Assembly: GCF_028285745.1 (NCBI RefSeq) | Contig: NZ_JANQOP010000042.1 | Coordinates: forward strand, 1 to 20,210 | From: Acaryochloris sp. IP29b_bin.137 | GTDB taxonomy: Bacteria > Cyanobacteriota > Cyanobacteriia > Thermosynechococcales > Thermosynechococcaceae | Length of the DNA: 20,210 nt | Reading direction: 5' to 3' | In this document: positions 1 through 7,973 of the stretch, one piece after another | How positions within the stretch are numbered: the first letter of the stretch is position 1 | Layout: every line of letters begins with the position of its first letter | Program-made: the position numbers and the translations under genes | Notes under the pieces: model-generated | What the model was told of the DNA's origin: nothing | Database searches by the model: none | Seen by the model: the letters and a program-made list of their open reading frames with translations, nothing else

Positions 1-159
1 TTCATTTAGACGCATCGACTGCTGAAAAACCAACTCTGTGGGATTGAACATAAATTCAATATCTTTACTCTTGTCCGTGGGTTGGTGGACTAAAGTTGCC
101 TTGGCTAACTTGCCTGAGGCAACGGCACTATTATTACTGCGAGAACCACTATAGGTCAT
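1..159 (-). CDS. Partial CDS (N-terminal 53 aa, runs off the left edge): tube-initiator-like protein of a contractile injection system or phage tail (Afp7/Pvc7/Cis7-type N-terminal region)
   Basis: My own reverse-complement translation from ATG at 159..157 gives MTYSGSRSNNSAVASGKLAKATLVHQPTDKSKDIEFMFNPTELVFQQSMRLNE, open to base 1. The L-x-KA-x-[ILV] ... [IV]-x-F-x-FNP-x-E pattern is what I recall for the N-terminal domain of CIS tube-initiator (often LysM-containing) proteins. It starts 29 nt downstream of the giant ORF stop on the same strand. It is absent from the supplied ORF track because it is truncated. The family call rests on memory of a short motif only. Confidence 0.5.
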   Translation of the reverse strand, partial: MTYSGSRSNNSAVASGKLAKATLVHQPTDKSKDIEFMFNPTELVFQQSMRLNE

Positions 160-188
160 GGTTTATTTTCAACCTTTTCGTTAGAACA

Positions 189-3100
189 TCACCAAGGCAA
201 ACGACCGGAATGATACCCTCCATGTCGTTCTCGTTCGACTTCTAAGCGCTGACGCAGGACATGATAGATCTCCCTTGCTAGGATTTCGAAATTTTGCTCG
301 TCTACTTCAGATTCGGTGGGCTGTTCTGTTTGGAACTGGCGCATCACCACTTCGGTGGTTGGAGGAGTGGAAGAGACCGGAGGCGTTGCAGATACCTTTT
401 GCACGGTTTGGGTCCGCTGGATGGGAGCAGGTTTTCGTTGGACTTGCTTCTCAGGATAAATTCCAGTGGGGGTGAGGACTAAATCTGATGTAGTTACAGA
501 CGCTGGAGAGGGCGATTTTGTTTTACGTTGGACGATTTTAGGTGATTGTGGTTGAGCTGTGAATAGATCTTCGATACTAGACCAACTTGAAGGGAGTGCC
601 TGGTCTGAACGACTATTTGAGCGCTGTATTGCGGGCGCGATCGCACCCTCTACACCTACCTCCAAAGTATCCTCAAAACTTGCCACATCTCCAGAAACAG
701 AGACTAGATCTGGTGGAGCATCTAGACTTGGGAAATGGCTGGGTGCCTGGGATTGGCGCTTAGGTTTACTGGTAGGCAAAAGGCTACTCAGGTGCTTAGG
801 AGAAACCAAGTTATCTGAAATGCTGGACAAGGGCGAGGGAGCCTGGCCGTTCGCCAGTAGCTGAGCAACGGTTAGATCTGGGGAGTTTCCTTCAGATAGA
901 TCTGATTCAGGGGGTTTAGCCGCTAACTCAATAACTCGTCGTTGAGGAGAATCTGTAGAATCCGACGAAGTATGTTCTTCTTCTATCTCCTGATGGGCTC
1001 CATCAGGAGTGGCTTCTGCTTGGCGCTGAACTATTGGTTGATTTAGTTCTAATGATTGCGACTTAGTTGAAGTGAGAGGGGGACCAATATGATCTGCTGT
1101 GGAAGCCTGAATATTTGAATCAGCACTTACTTGAGGAACTTCTGCAACCTCGGATTTTTGTGCAGTATCAGGAGATGATTCTGTATGAGTAAGGCCAGGA
1201 CCTGCTTCTGTCAAGGAAGCGTTGTTTTCCAACTTTGGTTGAAGAGGTTGATTCTGGTTTAGGTCGGAGGATGGACTTGACGATAGCTCTGGAGCGGGCG
1301 GGTTAGTCGTTCCACTATTCTCTTCGGGGAGCTGAGCTGAAATTTCTATCACCCGACGATGGGAAGAATCTATCTTGTCCGGTTGAGGCTGGATGCTTTC
1401 TGATACTTGAGGGGATGAATCAGCAATATTTTCAGTTGTAAGTTGTTGTAATTCTGGAGTTTCTGTGTCAGAAATATTCGGATGGGTTGGGGCATTGGAA
1501 TTAACCTGATCCGAATTGTTTGAACTTGAGGTGGATAGGGTCGAATCGGACTTTGTATTGGGCTGATGAGTAGATTGAATGATTCCTGACTCTTCTGAAA
1601 TATCGGTAGGAGCCGCATTAGGGGTGTGAGATTCCTCTACTGTTGAGGATTGAATGACGGGGGCTAATTCAGACAGATCAACGGAAGGTGTGACGGTTGG
1701 TGGAGTTTGCGACGAAATCTGTGGTGCAATTTGCTGTGGTTCGGATGGCTCAGTTGATTGGGAAAGTTGGCTATCTGAGGTGGGTTGTATGGAGAGATTA
1801 TCTTCAGCTTTTGAAGTTGATGCTTGAATGCGATCGCTCTCATCAAACGATTGACCAGAGATCGCTTGCTGAGGCTGTGATTCAGCCTTGGGTTGAACCA
1901 CGGAAATCTCAACAGTTTGAATTGGAACATTAGAAGTTGGCTTAGATGCCAGATTTGATTCTTCTGTGGTTGATTCTGACGGCGCAGAAGGATCTTCTAA
2001 TTCAGGAGTTTCAGAGGCTTTTAGCTGAGTGTTTTCTGGTTCGCTAGTCTCAGTACTCAGCTGAATAATGTCGTTCGTCCCGGCGGTATTTATACTCGCG
2101 CTATCGCTTGTATTTAGGGGCGCAATATTATCTGCAGTGTCTGAGGCAGAATTAGGGCTTTGAGGAGAAGCAATATTCGTATCATCGGCTATAGCAGGCG
2201 ATGAAATCGTTTCAGAAACGTTCTTCTCGGTCAGATCTACTTTGGCTTGAATCGTAGGAGAAGGATGATCTTCCTGAATGTCGAAGTCTTGCCCTCCATC
2301 TGGGAATGTTTTGTTATGAGTACTATCCAGATTGTGGCCAGACGTTTGGGTTAATGAGTCGCTTACATTGTCGAAATTGGGTCTGAAGGTTTGAACTAGG
2401 GATGTTGAGGGATCAACTCCTAAACCACTAACCTCGATCTCAGAAATCTCATTAGCATCATTGAACTTACTCTCACTGGAAAGCTGGTTTTGTTCTGCCC
2501 TAGAGTGCTGGGCAGATGAATGGGGGTTAGGTGTGAGCTGCTGTTGAGGTTGAATCGGGTGAGTTGTTGATGGATATTCAACCTTAGTCTGAATAGAAAT
2601 TTCACCAATGGGCGGACATTCTGGAGATGTTGATGCTGTTGCCGGGACAGTTTGTTCTAGTGAATGTTGAATATCAGAGTCTGGTAGAGAAGGTGTAGAT
2701 TGATCTTGAGTAATGTGCTGTGGGGATAGGCTATCTTGATCGGCGGATGGGTTGGCTAGTGGAGTCTGAGTATCGGATATTCCTAAATCCTCTTGAGGGA
2801 TTTTTTGCGCCTGGACAGGTAGTACAGTTTGAGGATGCGTATTTGAGACGGTGGAACCTGTTGATTGTTTTATTGAATCATCAACGGGCTGTGATGTTTG
2901 TGGATGAGATGTGGCTTGATGTTGGATTGGGTCTCCTTCACTACCCGTACTTGGATTAGCGGCTGCTTGCGCTGATACTTCACCTTGAGAAACGTAATCT
3001 TTCTGAGAAGCAAGTCGCCTCTCATTTGAAGTAGACGGAGAAGGAAGTTCTGCTTTTCTCTGAATATTGGGTTCGTTGGCATAGCTTGAACTCTCTATGT

Positions 3101-6100
3101 CTGGGGGATTAGAGTCGGTTCCTTCAGCAGAGATGGGCTGTGGTTGGATAAATTCTGATGTGTGTGAATTCAGCTCAGCGGAGCTATCAACTAAGGGTGA
3201 AGGAAGATCAGATGCAAGATTTTCTGATTTTGGGGAGTCAACAGTGGCTGATGGTTCGATTCTTGGAGGTTGGTCTGAGACCATCTCATTCTGCACCGGA
3301 CCTGCATCATCCTTTTCACTAATATGCTGACTTTGTACTGCTATATCTCCCGTATTGGGTGATGCTTGTGTCTGAACAGTTGGTGGTTTTGAGATTTCTG
3401 GCTGATCCGTAGATTGAGAGATTTGATCTGGTACAGAATTTGAGGCAGGGGGGATTGAAGGGGTTGACGTCTTCTCGCTGGATAGTTGGGCTGGAGATGT
3501 TGACTTCTGTTTTTTTGTCTTGCGTTTGGACTTCGCCTTTTTAGGGCGCAAATTCGCTAGCTGCTGAACAATGGTTGTTCCTATTTTTGAAATAGGGGAA
3601 TTGAGGGGATTGTTGCGATCGCGACTTTGAGACGATTCAGAGATTACAATACTTTGATGGTCTGGACTCACAGACGTTAATTCAGAGCTATTTTGAGACT
3701 TCTGGATAGAGTTCTTATTTTGCGATCGCAACGTCGCATCACTTTGTTCTGAATCTTGTTGTGGCGTCTTAACCTCTGCTTCATCAATAGAGTTAGTTTG
3801 AATCGGAGGCACTGCGTTTACTTCTGCTAGATTATTATCTTCGTCTAGTGAAGGCGTAACGACAGAGTTTCCACCAGTTTGCTCCAGACTTTCTATTGCA
3901 GAGTTAGATAGAGGAGCGAGTTGTACTGGATCAGTCTCTAAGGTTTGCTCCTTACCTGAGTTCGGCTCAGCAGAAGCCTGAATATTATCTTCATTAGACT
4001 CAGAAACATCTGCAGGTTGTATGGATAGGTTGGTCTCTGCAACACCGAGGGATTGAGTTGGTTCAACCGAACTCGCTTCCTTCGCTGACTTAGGCTTCGA
4101 CAATGGATCTTGTGAAATTTGTCTTCGTATCGACCGATTAACCCTCTCTTTAATTTTTGATCCTAGATTGACGAGTTCATCTGCGACTTGATTCTGAAGT
4201 GCTTGCCACTCAGGTTTAACCACATTGGATTGTGATTCTGATTTCGAAAGAGAGGCTGGTATCTGCTTTTCCTGAGTCGAGGGTTCCCTAGAGCGACTCG
4301 GAGCGGATATTTTCTCAGGTTGAAGAGGCACAGATCCTAAAGGTGGGGATTCTGCTGTCTGCGAAATGGGAAATGATTGAGTTTGGAGATTTTCTTCGGT
4401 TGTTTTCTGAATAGGAAGATTGGCTAGACCCTCTTGGCTCCCTTGAACGCTAGCACTGGGTGAAGACTGTGAACTAAGATCTGCATCCGGTGCTGAAGGT
4501 TGGGCCTGAGTGCCTGGCAGTGCCGAACCTGCTGTGATGTCATTAGAGTTTTTGTTATTACCAGGTGTGGGTTGTTGGGGGTGTTTGCCTTCAGCTATCG
4601 TTCTTTGAGATGGGACAGTTCCACTGGTGTGTTCTGCACTAATCTGCGCTGATGCGCTGGATGGGGTTTGTTGAGGGATAGCACCCTCATCAGGATGAGG
4701 CTCAATCTGGCGACTGACGGTATCCACAACCTGCTTACTGAAGCTGGTCAGCCGTTGCAGGGGTTGTGTTGGGAATTGTCTTCGCTTTTTTGACTTAGCT
4801 CGAGAAGAACTAGCCCCAGGACTAGAAACTATATCACTAGCCTTTTTCTGCTCTGCACTGGACTGCGATGCTGATGATTCAGATTCAATTTGATTTTGTC
4901 TAGTACCCTTGGAATTAGGGATAGGCTCAGACACCTCTGTGATGTCAGAGTTTGAGTCAGGATGTTTGTCTCGCTGAATTGTTGGCTCTGATATCTGCGT
5001 TTGTATTGGCGTAGAGGAAGGATGCTCTTGGGAGGAGTCATCTGATTCAGGGATTGCTTGAACAGTTGAAGCATTCTGTTGATGGTTGACAACCTCAGCT
5101 GCCTTTGGAAGCGTTTTTTCTGGAGAAGCTGTTTGCTCTGAGGCCTGCGTTTCGCTTTGGATTAGAGATAATTCCGGAGATGATTGTTTTGAGTCTGGAG
5201 ATGATGCGGCTGGAAGCGATGGAGTATTGGACGGTTGGAGTTGAGGGGAATTACTCGTGGAGCCTCTTTGCCTTGCCTTAGTTTCTGATTTGCCGATGGG
5301 GAGAGAGTCCGAAGCCTGCTTGAGCTGCTTACCAACCTTGTTAATATCCTGTTTAGCCCGTTCCCCCGCTCGCAAGAGCTGAGTTTGCAAGGGAATCTTT
5401 TTCTGTTTGCTTTTTTTGCTCTGTTTCTTCTGTTTTGTAGCAGATGTTTCAGTTGATGCCTGAGGAGAATGACTGTCTGATCTTTGGAGAATTTTTTCTT
5501 GTATCGCCTCCCTATCTGCCTTAATCGAAGAGCTAAGTGTAGAGGGATTCTCTGTTATTGAGGGTTCATGACTAGAACTAGTTTGTTTAGTCTCTACCGT
5601 TGGTGTAAGTGGGGTATCAGTAGTTGTCTGAGCCGTAGAACTCTCTTTTCTTTGAACACTTGTTGTCTCGATTGGTCTCCCGCTAGTCTGGGTTAGATCG
5701 TTAGGTGTCTTGTAACTCTCCTCCTGTAAAGGTTGATCATCAGGTGATTGTTGAGTGAAGGGTTGGGCAACTCTTTGGACAGTTGTCGGCTCTGTTGATT
5801 TCTCGTTGATTTGGACTGGAGTGCTGGGTGTTGCAGTATTTTCGATTGGTAGGCCATTGCTAACCGGGATGCTTGGATTAGTCTCTACTCTTGGGTTGGC
5901 GTGAGGAGACTGTGAGTTACTCGTTTGCTGATGGTTAGAAGGACTAGGAGATGACTTTACCGTCTGATTAATAGGCAAATCTGTGGTTTTGTCAGTCGAT
6001 CCTTCTGACGGTATAGAGACCCCATCCTCTTTGTTGGCAGCAGGGACATCTTGTGACTTTTGACTCGAAACGGATGGAGACTTTGCAAGTTGTATTTCAG

Positions 6101-7397
6101 AAACTTGCTGTTCCTGGTTTGGAGCAGGCAGAGGCGCTTGGCTCGAAGCTGACAGAAACTGTGCGCCAGAGACTTGCTGTTCCAGGCGATTAGGATTGTG
6201 TTCAGAACGTGGAACTTCTGGGGCTGATACTTCTTTGTTTTGGCCAACCAATTCTTTTGGCTTAGATTGAGCTACAGAAGTATCGTTGAAAGATGAAGCT
6301 TCTGGGTAGCTGGGTTGAAGGTGACCAGAGGTCTCTGAGTCTTTGATTGAAGGTGAATCAGAATGAGTGGGTTTAACAAGAGGCAGGGATTCTTGGTTAG
6401 GAGGCTTTACGTCTGAGTTTCTATGAGTTGCCTGTTCTCGATGATTAGAGGGGCTCTCTTGAATTGTGGGGAGCACAGAATCAGTATTGTCCAGAGGTTT
6501 CGCCTGAAGGGGCGATACTTCTGGTGGATGGGCAAAAGGACTTACTTCCTTAGAGCCTTCGGGGGGAGGATGGGCGATTGATTGTTGCTTAGTTTGGTCT
6601 GATTTTTGTTTGGACTCCTGATTAGGTTGCTCTGAAACCACCGCTGATGCTTGATAGCCTGAAGCATTTTCTGTTGGGGAGGGAACTGAGAAATTTGTAG
6701 ACTCTTGAGACTGAGGTTCAGTAGCTGGAAAGCCAAGTTCAGGAGCTTGGATCTGTTTGGGTTGAAGAGCATCATTAGGACCGCTTTGATCTGGATCAGT
6801 CTGCCTGACTGACTCAGCCTGATCAGAATGGGGGCTGGAAGACTGTGGAGAGATCGGATGCTCAGATGGAGGTTGAGCTGGGGAAGTTACTAGGGATTGG
6901 TCATCATTTAGAGCTGAACTAACCTTACTGGATGGCGACTGTTCTAATTCTGTTGCCGGAGCTGCATTGCTGGGGCTTATATCGGCATTGTTTGCAGTTG
7001 GTGGCTGTTCCTGATGGGCTGAAACTGACTCTGGTGGGGGTTGAAGCCTCTCGACGGATGCTTTTGGCATAAGAGCTTTGGGCTGTGCAGCTTCAGGAAA
7101 CTGGATTCCGACGGATGGAGAAATATGGGTATGACCTGAAAAGCTGTCGTCAATTATTTCCGTTGGCCCTTGAGCAGAGAAACGGTTATAAAGAGTATTT
7201 TCCCTGTCTTTTTCACCTGTTAGAGAAGTATCCAAATTGATTAGAGATACTGCACCTAAGGGAGACAGAGTATGAGGTTGGAGAAATGATTGTCCCAGCG
7301 CAGGGGGAGGTAGCAATGGATGCCTAAGACCAAGCGAGTCTGAGGAAGGAATCTCTTCCGGTAGGGATTGGTGACCTTGGCCTGAATTGATATCCAT
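189..7397 (-). CDS. Giant (2,402 aa) S/P/Q/T/E-rich, predicted intrinsically disordered protein in the tape-measure slot of a CIS/phage-tail-like operon, with a short conserved C-terminal amphipathic RER tail
   Basis: An uninterrupted 7.2-kb ORF cannot plausibly arise by chance. ATG at 7397..7395, TGA at 191..189. It lies between the tube gene (12 nt upstream) and the initiator-like gene (29 nt downstream). By eye it has 1 Cys, about 3 Trp, no signal peptide, no TM segment and no recognisable catalytic motif. It contains 4 HIP1 sites (637, 1830, 3615, 3722). The functional label comes from synteny only. Confidence 0.9.
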   Translation of the reverse strand: MDINSGQGHQSLPEEIPSSDSLGLRHPLLPPPALGQSFLQPHTLSPLGAVSLINLDTSLTGEKDRENTLYNRFSAQGPTEIIDDSFSGHTHISPSVGIQFPEAAQPKALMPKASVERLQPPPESVSAHQEQPPTANNADISPSNAAPATELEQSPSSKVSSALNDDQSLVTSPAQPPSEHPISPQSSSPHSDQAESVRQTDPDQSGPNDALQPKQIQAPELGFPATEPQSQESTNFSVPSPTENASGYQASAVVSEQPNQESKQKSDQTKQQSIAHPPPEGSKEVSPFAHPPEVSPLQAKPLDNTDSVLPTIQESPSNHREQATHRNSDVKPPNQESLPLVKPTHSDSPSIKDSETSGHLQPSYPEASSFNDTSVAQSKPKELVGQNKEVSAPEVPRSEHNPNRLEQQVSGAQFLSASSQAPLPAPNQEQQVSEIQLAKSPSVSSQKSQDVPAANKEDGVSIPSEGSTDKTTDLPINQTVKSSPSPSNHQQTSNSQSPHANPRVETNPSIPVSNGLPIENTATPSTPVQINEKSTEPTTVQRVAQPFTQQSPDDQPLQEESYKTPNDLTQTSGRPIETTSVQRKESSTAQTTTDTPLTPTVETKQTSSSHEPSITENPSTLSSSIKADREAIQEKILQRSDSHSPQASTETSATKQKKQSKKSKQKKIPLQTQLLRAGERAKQDINKVGKQLKQASDSLPIGKSETKARQRGSTSNSPQLQPSNTPSLPAASSPDSKQSSPELSLIQSETQASEQTASPEKTLPKAAEVVNHQQNASTVQAIPESDDSSQEHPSSTPIQTQISEPTIQRDKHPDSNSDITEVSEPIPNSKGTRQNQIESESSASQSSAEQKKASDIVSSPGASSSRAKSKKRRQFPTQPLQRLTSFSKQVVDTVSRQIEPHPDEGAIPQQTPSSASAQISAEHTSGTVPSQRTIAEGKHPQQPTPGNNKNSNDITAGSALPGTQAQPSAPDADLSSQSSPSASVQGSQEGLANLPIQKTTEENLQTQSFPISQTAESPPLGSVPLQPEKISAPSRSREPSTQEKQIPASLSKSESQSNVVKPEWQALQNQVADELVNLGSKIKERVNRSIRRQISQDPLSKPKSAKEASSVEPTQSLGVAETNLSIQPADVSESNEDNIQASAEPNSGKEQTLETDPVQLAPLSNSAIESLEQTGGNSVVTPSLDEDNNLAEVNAVPPIQTNSIDEAEVKTPQQDSEQSDATLRSQNKNSIQKSQNSSELTSVSPDHQSIVISESSQSRDRNNPLNSPISKIGTTIVQQLANLRPKKAKSKRKTKKQKSTSPAQLSSEKTSTPSIPPASNSVPDQISQSTDQPEISKPPTVQTQASPNTGDIAVQSQHISEKDDAGPVQNEMVSDQPPRIEPSATVDSPKSENLASDLPSPLVDSSAELNSHTSEFIQPQPISAEGTDSNPPDIESSSYANEPNIQRKAELPSPSTSNERRLASQKDYVSQGEVSAQAAANPSTGSEGDPIQHQATSHPQTSQPVDDSIKQSTGSTVSNTHPQTVLPVQAQKIPQEDLGISDTQTPLANPSADQDSLSPQHITQDQSTPSLPDSDIQHSLEQTVPATASTSPECPPIGEISIQTKVEYPSTTHPIQPQQQLTPNPHSSAQHSRAEQNQLSSESKFNDANEISEIEVSGLGVDPSTSLVQTFRPNFDNVSDSLTQTSGHNLDSTHNKTFPDGGQDFDIQEDHPSPTIQAKVDLTEKNVSETISSPAIADDTNIASPQSPNSASDTADNIAPLNTSDSASINTAGTNDIIQLSTETSEPENTQLKASETPELEDPSAPSESTTEESNLASKPTSNVPIQTVEISVVQPKAESQPQQAISGQSFDESDRIQASTSKAEDNLSIQPTSDSQLSQSTEPSEPQQIAPQISSQTPPTVTPSVDLSELAPVIQSSTVEESHTPNAAPTDISEESGIIQSTHQPNTKSDSTLSTSSSNNSDQVNSNAPTHPNISDTETPELQQLTTENIADSSPQVSESIQPQPDKIDSSHRRVIEISAQLPEENSGTTNPPAPELSSSPSSDLNQNQPLQPKLENNASLTEAGPGLTHTESSPDTAQKSEVAEVPQVSADSNIQASTADHIGPPLTSTKSQSLELNQPIVQRQAEATPDGAHQEIEEEHTSSDSTDSPQRRVIELAAKPPESDLSEGNSPDLTVAQLLANGQAPSPLSSISDNLVSPKHLSSLLPTSKPKRQSQAPSHFPSLDAPPDLVSVSGDVASFEDTLEVGVEGAIAPAIQRSNSRSDQALPSSWSSIEDLFTAQPQSPKIVQRKTKSPSPASVTTSDLVLTPTGIYPEKQVQRKPAPIQRTQTVQKVSATPPVSSTPPTTEVVMRQFQTEQPTESEVDEQNFEILAREIYHVLRQRLEVERERHGGYHSGRLPW

Positions 7398-7409
7398 AAA
7401 CTTTGCAAG

Positions 7410-7973
7410 TTAGTTACTGGGGTAAAATCCTCCGGCATTCGTATCTCTGCCTTTTAAGAAGGTGGCCCCACCGCCTGCATTACTGCTGGGTTGCAGATTG
7501 GCAACAACTTTTAGACCTTCATAGGCCAGGGTGAGTTCTTCGATCGCAACGGTGGATGCATCCGCTTGGAGGGATGGCGCTTGCCAACCCACGGGAACGG
7601 CACCAATTAAGGTCCAGGTCTGTATCGTTTCTCCCGCTTGATTAAATAGGAGAATGTTGATATTACGACGCTGAGGATTGACATTGCGATCGCTGGGCTC
7701 TAGCTGGGTGAGCATCCGACTGGCCCATCCCCAAAACACCAGATCATTGGTGATCCCCCGTTTGAGGGTGACATCGGAGAATTCGGTTTGGCCGAGGATA
7801 ATCCGCTGTTGGTTGTTAACACCACCTTCAAAGTAGGTGTCATGCTTAATTTTGGCGCTTAACCCTGAACATTCGCTAAAGCAAGCACTGATATAGCTCT
7901 TCTCTTGGATCTCGACATAAAAGCGGTTGGCGGTGACATAGTTGAGGTTATGGGTTTCGCTGTTGCTGGCCAC
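7410..7973 (-). CDS. Phage-tail/CIS inner tube protein (T4 gp19-like, TIGR02241/PF06841 type; Afp1/Afp5/Pvc1/Cis1-like) with a roughly 32-aa Gly/Ser/Asn-rich C-terminal extension
   Basis: The translation shows the family hallmarks: ANRFYVEI..., FSECSGL, YFEGG, FSDVTLKRG, LVFWGW, INILLFNQAGE, TW.L....P..W, VAIEELTLAYEGL. GTG start at 7973..7971 overlaps the upstream stop (TAGTG). TAA stop at 7412..7410. Confidence 0.85.
   Translation of the reverse strand: MASNSETHNLNYVTANRFYVEIQEKSYISACFSECSGLSAKIKHDTYFEGGVNNQQRIILGQTEFSDVTLKRGITNDLVFWGWASRMLTQLEPSDRNVNPQRRNINILLFNQAGETIQTWTLIGAVPVGWQAPSLQADASTVAIEELTLAYEGLKVVANLQPSSNAGGGATFLKGRDTNAGGFYPSN

Noticed and set aside
275-6775. Many 60-100-aa ORFs in other frames or on the opposite strand within the giant gene (for example 275..475+, 559..864+, 1697..1933+, 3097..3330+, 5957..6247-).
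   Set aside because: These are shadow ORFs. The biased codon composition of the 7.2-kb gene depletes stop codons in alternative frames. Their translations look random, and all are fully nested in a far longer ORF.
189-7397. Possible DNA-level tandem repeats, a CRISPR-like array or recent internal duplications explaining the low-complexity protein.
   Set aside because: Reading the nucleotide sequence, I found no long identical or periodic DNA repeats. Even the duplicated RRVIE motif uses different codons. The bias is compositional, not repeat-driven.
189-7397. Toxin or enzymatic domain, signal peptide, LPxTG sorting signal or calmodulin-type IQ motif in the giant protein.
   Set aside because: There is no HExxH or other catalytic signature, no hydrophobic N-terminus and no LPxTG. 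The [IV]QR sites lack the IQxxxRGxxxR spacing of true IQ motifs.
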